From a virus (lineage: Duplodnaviria > Heunggongvirae > Uroviricota > Caudoviricetes): a DNA stretch of 64,000 nt. Below the pieces are notes generated by a model. That model was not told the origin of the DNA. It was given only the letters and a program-made list of their open reading frames with translations, and did not search any database. Made by a program: the position numbers and the translations under genes. Shown one piece after another: positions 54,215-63,471 of the stretch. Position 1 is the first letter of the stretch. Every line of letters starts with the position of its first letter. Where the stretch lies: IMG/VR virus record IMGVR_UViG_3300037789_000070, positions 202,576 to 266,575 of that record. One strand, given 5' to 3'.

Positions 54215-57200
54215 CCTACAAAGGTAAAATCTAAAGACTCAGATGTCGAATTATATGCGATAGTAAATTTACTATCCGTATTAGCAGCACCCGTCCCGCC
54301 AAAGTGAACTTCGTTTTCATTTTTAACATGAAGGTCTCGTTCGGCATCTAAATCACCATTACTATCAAAAATAGCAATTTGAGTTTCAGACCCTGCTAAT
54401 CCAGCTTCCCATCTATCATTGGTCTCGTCCCAAACTAAACGAGCATTTGTGGAAGTTCCACGCTCAATCTCGAAACCAGAATCCTCAGTGGGCGATCCAG
54501 TGACGTCCGAATTAAGAACGAAGATATTATCTGCAATGTTGACTTCTGTAGTATTGACGGTGGTGGTAGTTCCCGAGACTGTAAGATTTCCGGGAATTAT
54601 AACTTCACCATCATTTATTTGAAGTGAAAGAGTTCCACCAGCAGCAAAGCCAAGTTGATCGGCACCAACTCTATACATACCAGTGTCCTGATCAGACGTA
54701 AAAGTAAATGCTGGCGATCCATTACTTCCATTAATACCGCGAATTTCAGATGCCATGGTTATAGCAGACGAGCTAATATCAATTGCATTAGCCCCGCCAA
54801 CTGCAATACCGATATTACTAGTATCTATTTTGTAAATTCCAGTCAGTGCATCAGATATAAAACCAATGGCAGGAGAAGAAACAGAACCATCACTGATCCT
54901 GAATCTGTTATCACTTGTTAAGCGAGCACCCTCTGTTCCACCCGTAATTAGACTTAGTGTGTTGTCGCCAGATGAACCAATACCAGTATCTACATCGCCC
55001 CTATTTGGAACAACAGTCGGAACTGTTGAAGAAGCAGTAGAATTGATCAGCTTAGCTCCCGAAGCATTTGTAACGCTTAATCCGGTAGAATCTATGAATA
55101 CCCTCTGTGTTCCTCCTGTGGAAACTCCAACAACATCAGCGGAGACCGAATAAATTCCAGAGTTTGGGTCAGAAGTGAAAGAGTATGCAGGCGAACCGGC
55201 AGAACCATCAACACCTAAAATAACAGATGAGAACGTTGCGGATACTGAGGATAATTGTAAGGCAGCAGAACCGCCAACTGAAAAGCCAATGCTATCAGCA
55301 CCAACTCTATACATACCACTATCATCATCACCATCAAACGAATAATCAGGACCCGATGCATTTCCGGAAGCAGAACTTTTTAAAGGAACCTGAGTTTTAA
55401 CTGCAGATGTTTCTATGACAATACTATTAGAGCCGTTTCTTCTGAGTACAAGATCAACATCTGAATCTGTCCCAAAATACCAAGTATCTGTCGAGAACAA
55501 TCCTTCAAGTCCATGAAGATCTGATGAATCTCTTAAACGTAAACCAGCATCGCCCTTAACAGAAAGAATTTCCGATCCTCCGTTCCGGTCTGTGTCAGCT
55601 ATGATCATTCCGGCATTATCAATTGAAACTTGGTTCGTTCCATTAGTGGAAAAGCCTAAGATGTTTTCACCTATACGATAGATGCCGGTGTTCACGTCAG
55701 AAGTGAAAGAATATGACGGAGCGGTAGCAGAACCATCAACGCTGTATACCGGAACTAATGATTGGTTATAGGATGATAAAGAGGTAAATTTTTCGTTTCC
55801 GTCAACCACATTTGTGACATAACCATTGGAACCTTTGGATTCTAATGCAACACCTATATGGCTATCTGTACCCGCTGCTTCTATTTGAACTGGCTCACCG
55901 GTCGCGGAACCCCTAATTCCTAAATAGTTAACGGCAGAAGCCTCTGTTAAAAATCTAGCGGACTCTGCCCCACCGGCAACAATAGTCAATTCTCCACTGG
56001 CTGGTGATGCTATACCTACATCACTCCTAGCTCTATTTGGTAAAATTGTAGGAACAGTTGCTGAACCAGAAGCATTCTTAATAGATGGTCCATTTGCATT
56101 AGCCGAATAAAAATCAGTAGACGTTATTCCAAATGCTGCATTGCCTCCCAACGAAACACCAATTTGATCTGCCCCAAGAGAATAAAAACCAGTATTAGTG
56201 TCATTAGAAAATGAAAAACTAGGATTTCCAGCAGAACCATTTGATGTTAAGACTGGAAGTTCTGATTGAACACTAGTTGAAGAAACCGTCAATGCCGTAG
56301 AAGAATCAACGGATACTACAAAACTTCCCGTACCTTTTGTTGACAGATCAATACCAACATTATCATCGGTTCCAGCAGCTTCTAATGCTATAGAATTTCC
56401 TGTAGCTGACGCTGTAGCCGTCAGGTAATTGACCGAAGAGGCTTCTGAAAGAAAACGAACAACTTCATTACCACCAGCAGAAGCACTAAGAGAATTGGTT
56501 CCCGATAAAAATAGACCGGTATCGACATCACTAATGAAGGCTAATGATGGAGAACTTTCCGTTCCATTAATCAATCCAACTCCAGTCGAAGAAAATCGAC
56601 CTACAATGGCCCCGCCCGCTGCCACACCAATTGTGTCTGCAGCTATCTGGTAAAAACCGCTATCAGTATCCGAAGTAAATGTGAGAGATGGACTTCCAAC
56701 CGACCCATTAGCTAATAGAAGTTCTCCATCCACCTGTGCATCAGAACCAAATGTGATTTTTTCGGAGGCGGTGTCCGCTGCATCAGATCTTAAAAATTGA
56801 GCAGCTTCTAATCCATCAACCGTATCGGCGTCAAAACTATTTCCAGAACCCTCGGTTCCTGTCAAAATATCATGATCTGATATAAAGTCAGAAACTGTTC
56901 TCTTCTTAACAATATTTGTATCGGTTACATCAGCGAATGAAATTAAGTCGGAGGCAGTCGTAGCAGCCGTAGCCAATTCATTGTAATCCAATGCCAAAGT
57001 TCTATTAGTGGTTAAATCGCCTCCACCAGATAAACCATTACCAGCAGTAATCGTTCTACTGGTTTGCACAAGTCCAGCAAGATGAACTCCATCAACCGTA
57101 TCGGCATCTAATCCGTTACCGGAACCTTCATCAGCCGTAGTTAGGATTCTTGATCCACTATCTATAACATCACTTGCAGTGTGGATAGCAAGCTGCCCAT

Positions 57201-57762
57201 CGGCCAATACACCTAGGAAAGCATCCTTTGTGGTTGTAGAAAAATGGATAGTCGCATCATTATCAGTTGTCCGGTCAATTACTAATGAAGACGACACATT
57301 GGTAGAAATGGTCAACACGCCCGTCATATTATCAGACTCATCAGACCTGATGAACTGAGATGCTTCAACGCCATCAACTGTGTCGGCATCTAATCCGTTA
57401 CCGGAACCTTCTTGGGCTTCTGTAAGTATTGGACTTCCATTAGCGGTTGCTCTATTAGAACCGTTAACACCAATAGTTGAAGAACCTAAACTTGATATCA
57501 ATCTAAAATTATCAAAATTACTAATGTTAATAGCAGGAGCAGTGCCATCATTACGTGATAAAACTAAATCTAAATCAGTTTGTAAAGAAGAATTGACTGA
57601 AAGAAGTCCATTCCCATCAATACTAACTACTTGAGTATCATCAGATGATTTATTAAATACTAAAGTTCCATCATCATCTACACTTAAGTATAATACCTGA
57701 TCATTTGTCCCAGAAAAATCTATTCTAGCACTTCCGGGGGTGATTAAAATGTCTTTTGCCAT
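54211..57762 (-). CDS. long tail fibre / receptor-binding protein (start revised to MAKDIL, 1183 aa)
   Basis: 3x EGSGNxxDADTVDG, 8x GSxxSPxxxFxSDxDTGxY repeats, C-terminal LTVSGTTTTVN...ERGTS...WDETNDRW; late promoter at 57792-57797. Confidence 0.85.
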   Translation of the reverse strand: MAKDILITPGSARIDFSGTNDQVLYLSVDDDGTLVFNKSSDDTQVVSIDGNGLLSVNSSLQTDLDLVLSRNDGTAPAINISNFDNFRLISSLGSSTIGVNGSNRATANGSPILTEAQEGSGNGLDADTVDGVEASQFIRSDESDNMTGVLTISTNVSSSLVIDRTTDNDATIHFSTTTKDAFLGVLADGQLAIHTASDVIDSGSRILTTADEGSGNGLDADTVDGVHLAGLVQTSRTITAGNGLSGGGDLTTNRTLALDYNELATAATTASDLISFADVTDTNIVKKRTVSDFISDHDILTGTEGSGNSFDADTVDGLEAAQFLRSDAADTASEKITFGSDAQVDGELLLANGSVGSPSLTFTSDTDSGFYQIAADTIGVAAGGAIVGRFSSTGVGLINGTESSPSLAFISDVDTGLFLSGTNSLSASAGGNEVVRFLSEASSVNYLTATASATGNSIALEAAGTDDNVGIDLSTKGTGSFVVSVDSSTALTVSSTSVQSELPVLTSNGSAGNPSFSFSNDTNTGFYSLGADQIGVSLGGNAAFGITSTDFYSANANGPSIKNASGSATVPTILPNRARSDVGIASPASGELTIVAGGAESARFLTEASAVNYLGIRGSATGEPVQIEAAGTDSHIGVALESKGSNGYVTNVVDGNEKFTSLSSYNQSLVPVYSVDGSATAPSYSFTSDVNTGIYRIGENILGFSTNGTNQVSIDNAGMIIADTDRNGGSEILSVKGDAGLRLRDSSDLHGLEGLFSTDTWYFGTDSDVDLVLRRNGSNSIVIETSAVKTQVPLKSSASGNASGPDYSFDGDDDSGMYRVGADSIGFSVGGSAALQLSSVSATFSSVILGVDGSAGSPAYSFTSDPNSGIYSVSADVVGVSTGGTQRVFIDSTGLSVTNASGAKLINSTASSTVPTVVPNRGDVDTGIGSSGDNTLSLITGGTEGARLTSDNRFRISDGSVSSPAIGFISDALTGIYKIDTSNIGIAVGGANAIDISSSAITMASEIRGINGSNGSPAFTFTSDQDTGMYRVGADQLGFAAGGTLSLQINDGEVIIPGNLTVSGTTTTVNTTEVNIADNIFVLNSDVTGSPTEDSGFEIERGTSTNARLVWDETNDRWEAGLAGSETQIAIFDSNGDLDAERDLHVKNENEVHFGGTGAANTDSKFTIAYNSTSESLDFTFVG

Positions 57763-57791
57763 GTTTTCTCGCTTTACAACTTTAGCAAAGA

Positions 57792-57797
57792 TATTTA
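57792..57797 (-). promoter_or_regulatory. late promoter TAAATA for the tail fibre gene
   Basis: consensus core 29 nt upstream of the ATG. Confidence 0.6.
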
Positions 57798-57853
57798 TGA
57801 TGGGTCCATCTTTATCAACGAATTTAATTGGTAACACGCCTAAGGAGAACATC

Positions 57854-58648
57854 ATGAGTAAAGCTGATAAACGAGACGATCTGGGAAATCGCATGAAGCG
57901 TTATGAACTCAAAGATAACGCGTCAATTCTACTTCCGGGAATCCCTGTTTACACACGTATCGATGGGAGAGCGTTTTCTACATTGACAAAAGGCCTTGAG
58001 CGTCCTTTTTGTAAACCGTTTCATGATATCATGACAGAAACGACTAAGGTTTTGGTTGGAAAAACTCATGCTTTGTTTGGCTACACACAGTCTGACGAAA
58101 TCAGTCTGGTACATCTATGGCCCTCACACGAACAGATGTTCTTTGGTGGACGTCAGGGGAAATTGAATTCGGTTTTTGCTGGCATTGCCAGTAGTGCTTT
58201 CGTCATTCATGCGGCCAAGTCTGAAATTTCTTCTGAAATTAACTTTGACCGTTACCCTCATTTCGATAGCCGAACTGTCAATCTTCCTTCTAACACAGAA
58301 GCGACCAATATGATTTATTGGCGTTGGCGGGATGCCCGGAAAAACGCTATCAATGGATTTGGGCGATCCCAGTTTTCTCAGAAAGAACTACATGGCGTGA
58401 GTAACCAAAAGGTTTTGGAAAGAATGAAAGACCTTGGATATGATTTTGAGGATCAGCCAAACGATTTCAAGAATGGTTCTTTTATTTTTTCAAGAGTAAC
58501 TGAAAGAAAGGTTCCTAACGAAGATGGGACCGGTGAAATTACAGTCAATCGTCATGTGACCGAGGTTGTAGATTTGCCCCCACTAAACATGGTAGCAAAT
58601 CGAACTGCTGTTTTTTTCGAAGGCGCTGAGCCTATCCTAAAAAAATAA
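57854..58648 (+). CDS. Thg1-like (tRNA-His guanylyltransferase family) 3'-5' polymerase (start revised to MSKADK)
   Basis: RIDGRAFS, YTQSDEISL, FDSR, WRWRDARKNAI; AAGGAG SD. Confidence 0.92.
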   Translation: MSKADKRDDLGNRMKRYELKDNASILLPGIPVYTRIDGRAFSTLTKGLERPFCKPFHDIMTETTKVLVGKTHALFGYTQSDEISLVHLWPSHEQMFFGGRQGKLNSVFAGIASSAFVIHAAKSEISSEINFDRYPHFDSRTVNLPSNTEATNMIYWRWRDARKNAINGFGRSQFSQKELHGVSNQKVLERMKDLGYDFEDQPNDFKNGSFIFSRVTERKVPNEDGTGEITVNRHVTEVVDLPPLNMVANRTAVFFEGAEPILKK

Positions 58649-58651
58649 TAT

Positions 58652-58680
58652 TTGACATTGTTTTAAAAATCTCCTAAGTT
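58652..58680 (+). promoter_or_regulatory. sigma70-like promoter
   Basis: TTGACA-17 nt-TAAGTT. Confidence 0.65.
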
Positions 58681-58740
58681 ACTTTTCATCAGAACTAAAG
58701 ATGTTTTGACCATCAAAAGTAACTTAGGATTAAAACAATG
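58656..58740. repeat. long inverted repeat, 26-bp arms with one 5-nt bulge, spanning a promoter and the next RBS/ATG
   Basis: CATTGTTTTAA[AAATC]TCCTAAGTTACTTTT ... AAAAGTAACTTAGGATTAAAACAATG. Confidence 0.85.
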
Positions 58741-58983
58741 GAACATGAAGACTATATCAATACAGTCAAACGAGTTTCCGACTATGCCGAAAAATATTTC
58801 CAAGAACATGAACAAACTAAGTTTCCATCTTTTCTTGAAGTTTCACGTGCGGTCCATGTGAAATATTCTGATCTTATGGCCATGTGTGATGATGGAAGCA
58901 ATACACTCATGTCTACTGGACACAATTTTCATTATCCGGAAGATGACGGTTATCCGGGTATGCTCACGGTAGAAATTCTATAA
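58738..58983 (+). CDS. hypothetical protein (81 aa)
   Basis: AGGA SD. Confidence 0.7.
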   Translation: MEHEDYINTVKRVSDYAEKYFQEHEQTKFPSFLEVSRAVHVKYSDLMAMCDDGSNTLMSTGHNFHYPEDDGYPGMLTVEIL

Positions 58984-58995
58984 GGAGTAACATCA

Positions 58996-59241
58996 ATGAA
59001 GAAGGAAATGGTCCGCAAGGAAGAGATCGATACCGATCTTTTTGGAGATGAACCTGTTATTGAGTGGCACGCTGGTGACGTGCTATATAATATGGTTCTA
59101 GCGTTCCTTTCCTTCTTTATTTTTGTAGTAGTTATTTCTGGGTTGACTTCTCCATACTGGCTAGGTATGGATAGAGGTAACTATATGACGCACGAAGAAA
59201 TTCAACAGCTTGTGGTTGACGATTTAGGTATTAAGGACTGA
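58996..59241 (+). CDS. small membrane protein (81 aa)
   Basis: AAGGAG SD; one TM. Confidence 0.7.
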   Translation: MKKEMVRKEEIDTDLFGDEPVIEWHAGDVLYNMVLAFLSFFIFVVVISGLTSPYWLGMDRGNYMTHEEIQQLVVDDLGIKD

Positions 59242-59243
59242 AA

Positions 59244-59567
59244 ATGACCAACTCCTCAGAAGTATCTATCGTATCTTTTCAAGATTTTAAAAACGCCTGT
59301 TCTTTTTATAAAGAAAGGACACAAAAGGCCGTTACAACTTTTAACGAAATCGTAGAAACCCTATCAGATGAAGAGACCGGTTGGTTGTTCGAAGAATTTA
59401 TCGGCTGGGCAAAAGATTCATATATTGCTGATGTCCAAGATAACGGCGTTTTGATGAAATGTTATTTTTATGACTGCTATTTTTTCATTCCAAAGGAAGC
59501 TCTTGATGTATCGTCTAGCGAAGACTTCATCAAAAAGATGATTTCTGATGAAATTAAAAAAATCTAA
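59244..59567 (+). CDS. hypothetical protein (107 aa)
   Basis: shares FFIPKEALD motif with the next gene. Confidence 0.7.
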   Translation: MTNSSEVSIVSFQDFKNACSFYKERTQKAVTTFNEIVETLSDEETGWLFEEFIGWAKDSYIADVQDNGVLMKCYFYDCYFFIPKEALDVSSSEDFIKKMISDEIKKI

Positions 59568-59581
59568 AATGGAGTAATATC

Positions 59582-60142
59582 ATGGACAAGTTTGATCAGT
59601 TCAAAGAACTTTATGAAGAATATCAGGACCTAGCCATATCTGCTATTAATTTCAGAAGTCAACTAATATCTGAGCTTTCTAAAGAAGATCGAAAGATTTT
59701 TGAAAGAAAGATCAATAATCGTTGGGGTTGCGTCAGTAGTACTGTTTTTAAGGTCTCAATCGACGGCCTTTTGATGCAAGATAACGATAATCGTTTGTTC
59801 TTTATCCCCAAAGAAGCTCTTGATCCAATCTCTGGTGCCGAATACATTAAGAAGACAATTTTTGAAGAAATTCAAGAAGCGAAAGAAAAAAGACATATTG
59901 AACATGTCAACCAGATAAACTCTTTACGCTCTAAAATTTCCGAGTTGACTGAACAGCTTCAAAATATTGAAAAAAAGGTCATACTTAATACAATTACCAT
60001 TTCTAAAGGTGATGAAGTAAGTGCAATTCCGGGTTTCAATGAGTTCTATGAAGAATTGAAAGATAAGTTTGCTCCAATTACAGACGATCATTCAAAACTT
60101 ATTGACAGATATAAGAAAACTTCTCGTTCATCTAAACGATAA
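59582..60142 (+). CDS. hypothetical protein (186 aa), partial paralogue of 59244
   Basis: GLLM...FFIPKEALD...YIKK; GGAG SD. Confidence 0.7.
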   Translation: MDKFDQFKELYEEYQDLAISAINFRSQLISELSKEDRKIFERKINNRWGCVSSTVFKVSIDGLLMQDNDNRLFFIPKEALDPISGAEYIKKTIFEEIQEAKEKRHIEHVNQINSLRSKISELTEQLQNIEKKVILNTITISKGDEVSAIPGFNEFYEELKDKFAPITDDHSKLIDRYKKTSRSSKR

Positions 60143-60172
60143 AAATTAAAGTGTATCTTAGCGGAGTTATAA

Positions 60173-60523
60173 ATGTTTCATACTACTCTTTTTAATCATC
60201 TAGGGGACATTACTATCGCTTGGGATGAGAGCGACCAAGAAGAAATGGTCGCTCTTATTTCTAAGATGATGGAGCAAGGTGTTGTGTTTTTTGAAGTTGA
60301 AGACAACCGCCCTGTTAAGGTCCTTAATAATGCTCACGAAGCCAAAAACGAACTTTCAGTCCTAGACGAGACTTTTGGTCGTATGGTTGACGCAGGTATT
60401 ATCAAACAGGCTAAAAATTCATCTAACGAAGATGGTGAGGTCAGGACCAAGGGGATTATTTCTTCTCCTAATGAGGCAGTCAACAAAAACACTATTGGTT
60501 TTAAGCCCGCTGCAGGTGGTTAA
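60173..60523 (+). CDS. small protein ending in Gly-Gly
   Basis: C-terminus TIGFKPAAGG*; GGAG SD. Confidence 0.75.
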   Translation: MFHTTLFNHLGDITIAWDESDQEEMVALISKMMEQGVVFFEVEDNRPVKVLNNAHEAKNELSVLDETFGRMVDAGIIKQAKNSSNEDGEVRTKGIISSPNEAVNKNTIGFKPAAGG

Positions 60524-60525
60524 TA

Positions 60526-61806
60526 ATGCTCGACCAAGGAACCGACCTTTTTATATATGAAGGTTTAGAATGCAATCGACTTTCCGGTTCGACTGTAACC
60601 TTTCTTGACATCTATTATGATGAAGCTACTGATTTTGTCGGGAGTGTCGTAGATAATGCAGGACAGATACCATTAAAAGAATGCTACGATATAATTGAAC
60701 AAGTTACTCAAGAAAAATTATTCAATTCATATATCAGTGGTGATATTTCAGAAGTATCATATCTAAATTGTGTGATCTCCGGTGTTCTAAGTTCAACCGA
60801 AATCAGACATTTATTTTATCAGACATTCTTAGACAGACACCTTGATGATCCGAATAGAATCAAAATTCCAGAAAAATTACCGCATTCTGAACTTTATTCT
60901 ACAGAAATTGATCGTCAAATAGAAAAGTCTGTTTCCAACATGATAACCTTCAACACTAAAGTAATGAATAGTGCCTCTTTATATAATGAGGTTGTTCTCG
61001 AATCTGCATCTAAAGATCCAAAAACATGGATGTTTAATGCCGAAGGTAACTTTATTGGTCCTGTAGAACCGGTCAAGACCAAAAATAAAAAGAAGATTAG
61101 AACACAGACTAAAAAAAGAAGAAAAATGATCACTAAGAGTCTAAAAGCTGTAAACAGGTTCTTTAGTGAACAAGAAGAAAGGACATTTCGTAGTGGCGGG
61201 TGGGTAACAATCAGTGGTATTACAATAGATTTCCTCGTTTCAGCAACAGACAAAATAAGCGCCATTGGCCATGATGCTCTAAGAGTCAAAGTACTCAATA
61301 AAGAGGGAGTATATCTAACAAATTTGTGTTTTTATTTTGAAGGAACTCCATGTGCCGATCAACTGATTGGGATTAAAGCGTTCGTTGATGCAGGACTAGA
61401 AGACGAAATTCTCAAGAAGGGCAATCTAGTTTCTCCCTCTCCCAACATGAGCGATCTAACTAACAATTTAGTGTTGCTGGATAAGGCTAAGCCCTTATCA
61501 GTCAATAATATCATTTATAATGATGACGAAGAACCTATTAATATTGCCAATTCAGACCTTAGGGCTAGCCTTCTTGGCGGTTTAGTTAGTGAAGAGGTGT
61601 TAGAATATAATCGTTGGAGACAGGAAGTAATTGATTATGGAACCCGTGTGTTTTTTGAAGACAATCAATGGTTTGATGATACATTCCACTATATATCTGA
61701 AACAAAATCAAAAGAAGATGCCATAAATTTTGCTAACCTTGTTGTTACAAGAACAGATTTTAGAGAAGCTAAAATAGAAAAAATGGGTCAGTTGAGAAAT
61801 GCCTAA
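60526..61806 (+). CDS. hypothetical protein (426 aa), apparently coupled to the GG-ending gene
   Basis: starts 2 nt after the upstream stop; LCFYFEGTPCADQL...EDEILKKGN core. Confidence 0.75.
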   Translation: MLDQGTDLFIYEGLECNRLSGSTVTFLDIYYDEATDFVGSVVDNAGQIPLKECYDIIEQVTQEKLFNSYISGDISEVSYLNCVISGVLSSTEIRHLFYQTFLDRHLDDPNRIKIPEKLPHSELYSTEIDRQIEKSVSNMITFNTKVMNSASLYNEVVLESASKDPKTWMFNAEGNFIGPVEPVKTKNKKKIRTQTKKRRKMITKSLKAVNRFFSEQEERTFRSGGWVTISGITIDFLVSATDKISAIGHDALRVKVLNKEGVYLTNLCFYFEGTPCADQLIGIKAFVDAGLEDEILKKGNLVSPSPNMSDLTNNLVLLDKAKPLSVNNIIYNDDEEPINIANSDLRASLLGGLVSEEVLEYNRWRQEVIDYGTRVFFEDNQWFDDTFHYISETKSKEDAINFANLVVTRTDFREAKIEKMGQLRNA

Positions 61807-62206
61807 CAAAAGTCAAAGAAATTATTTAGAACTTTACTTGAAGGAATTGGTGGTTTTACAAAAATCAGTTCAAAGTAGAATTAGAAAAACTCAAGCACGC
61901 CTTCTTGGAATTAATTTTGAAAACTCTGCTGGAAAATATTTTGAAAGGACCGTAGGTGAAGAAATTTATTTGATATATGTTATCAGTTCGAATATTCAGT
62001 CTATAACATGTTCCATTTTATATTCAAAAAAGGACGAGGACATAGACTGCTATAAATTTTCATTATCCGGTGAAGAGACTTTTACTGTTGCCGATTTTAT
62101 CAATAAATTTTCTAGTGTTAAACAAATAGAAAAATCCCTTTATGATTCAAAAGTAGAGGAATTAAAGGAAGATTTCAGTTCTTTTATACAGAAGAAGTTA
62201 CAGTAA
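61799..62206 (+). CDS. hypothetical protein (135 aa)
   Basis: overlaps the upstream stop. Confidence 0.65.
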   Translation: MPNKSQRNYLELYLKELVVLQKSVQSRIRKTQARLLGINFENSAGKYFERTVGEEIYLIYVISSNIQSITCSILYSKKDEDIDCYKFSLSGEETFTVADFINKFSSVKQIEKSLYDSKVEELKEDFSSFIQKKLQ

Positions 62207-62741
62207 ATGGCGAACGGGTGAACACATTATGCCTTGCGGCAGATTGAAGTGCTCTATTCACCTTTTCTTCTGGCGGCATTTCTAGTGTCTCTAAGATTGA
62301 CATAGCTCCAAGAGCAATACTAGCCCCAGAACCTATACTACTATAGGGTTCACTATTATCGGCTACTTGGAAGTCTTCCAAAATGGCAAAAAGGTTTCCC
62401 CTTATTGCAACTAAGAAAGTTGCTTCGGTTTCTAAAATACGATCAGGACTCTTGTCCTTTAGAGCACCACGATCCTCTAACGACTCCACTACTGCATCGA
62501 TGAATTTTGTTGACATGAACTTGAATATATTTTTATCCGATTTAGGTGCAGTAGGAAAATTAGTATTGTACATTAGAAGCTGGCCAATTCGATAGGACCC
62601 CGAAAATCCTATAAGGTAGTCTCCCGTCTTGAATAGTTTCGGGTCTGCTCTCAACTCCGAAAATCCGTCTGGACAAGAAGCAAGCGAGTCTGCCCCCATA
62701 TAGACTTTATTTTCATATTTGTAGCCAACCACTGTTGTCAT
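62184..62741 (-). CDS. HslV/proteasome-beta-like Ntn hydrolase
   Basis: N-terminal MTT nucleophile, MGADS, IGFSGS, SIGSGA. Confidence 0.85.
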   Translation of the reverse strand: MTTVVGYKYENKVYMGADSLASCPDGFSELRADPKLFKTGDYLIGFSGSYRIGQLLMYNTNFPTAPKSDKNIFKFMSTKFIDAVVESLEDRGALKDKSPDRILETEATFLVAIRGNLFAILEDFQVADNSEPYSSIGSGASIALGAMSILETLEMPPEEKVNRALQSAARHNVFTRSPFTVTSSV

Positions 62742-62742
62742 T

Positions 62743-63399
62743 TTAGATCAATTCTCCAATCAGTACCATTGTCGCACTTTGTTTTCCTTCTGAAATATAC
62801 AGGACCGTTTTTATGTTGATCAGAAAGGACATTCCATCATGGGTTATTTTAACACTCTGAACTTCATCCTTTTCAATTTTGAAGTCACGGTTATCATACC
62901 TGATCATAAATGCTTGTAGTTTTCCTACTTCTTTACCACTTGTACTATTAATAGAGGCGATAAGTTCTTGCCCATTAATGGTGACAAGATCATTGAATAC
63001 ATCTTCAATCTTAACCAATGTTTCAATTCTACCGACATAGATAATTGAACACATAAAAGTCAGAAATAATGTGGTGGCAAACATTATGGCCACATTAAAG
63101 CTATAAAATGCAATGAAAATGGTTAATACAACAAATGAAAATTTTGAAAATAAAGGAATTATTGAACTCTTAGAAGTAAAAAGGAGAGGTTGGAATGTTT
63201 CGACCTTTTCATCAATATCCTTTAAAAAGTGAGAATCATCGGCATAAGACAAAATCAAAGCAGAAGCTGCCATCAAAATTGAAACAAGTATTAGACCAAT
63301 CATTACAAATGGGGTCAGCCAATCTGCTCCAAAAAACAGCATCGACGATACGTACACTAGGCCCACACAAATGATAGTCATATCATTGAAAAGATTCAC
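62743..63399 (-). CDS. membrane protein (218 aa)
   Basis: GTG start after AAGGA; four hydrophobic segments. Confidence 0.7.
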   Translation of the reverse strand: MNLFNDMTIICVGLVYVSSMLFFGADWLTPFVMIGLILVSILMAASALILSYADDSHFLKDIDEKVETFQPLLFTSKSSIIPLFSKFSFVVLTIFIAFYSFNVAIMFATTLFLTFMCSIIYVGRIETLVKIEDVFNDLVTINGQELIASINSTSGKEVGKLQAFMIRYDNRDFKIEKDEVQSVKITHDGMSFLINIKTVLYISEGKQSATMVLIGELI

Positions 63400-63415
63400 G
63401 TTCGTTCCTTTATCC

Positions 63416-63444
63416 TTGATCTTTCTTCCAGTTTATATTATAGT
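63416..63444 (+). promoter_or_regulatory. sigma70-like promoter
   Basis: TTGATC-17 nt-TATAGT. Confidence 0.6.
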
Positions 63445-63471
63445 GCTATATCAAATTTGAAGGAGTCATAA

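Noticed and set aside
57740-57894. ORF-track starts causing a head-to-head overlap of the tail fibre and Thg1-like genes
   Set aside because: Better starts exist at 57762 (minus, after a late promoter) and 57854 (plus, after AAGGAG), which removes the overlap.
60173-62741. Pup-proteasome-like system (GG protein plus Ntn protease)
   Set aside because: No PafA/Dop or ARC-like gene is present, the protein does not end GGE/GGQ, and the protease is on the opposite strand. The two are reported separately.
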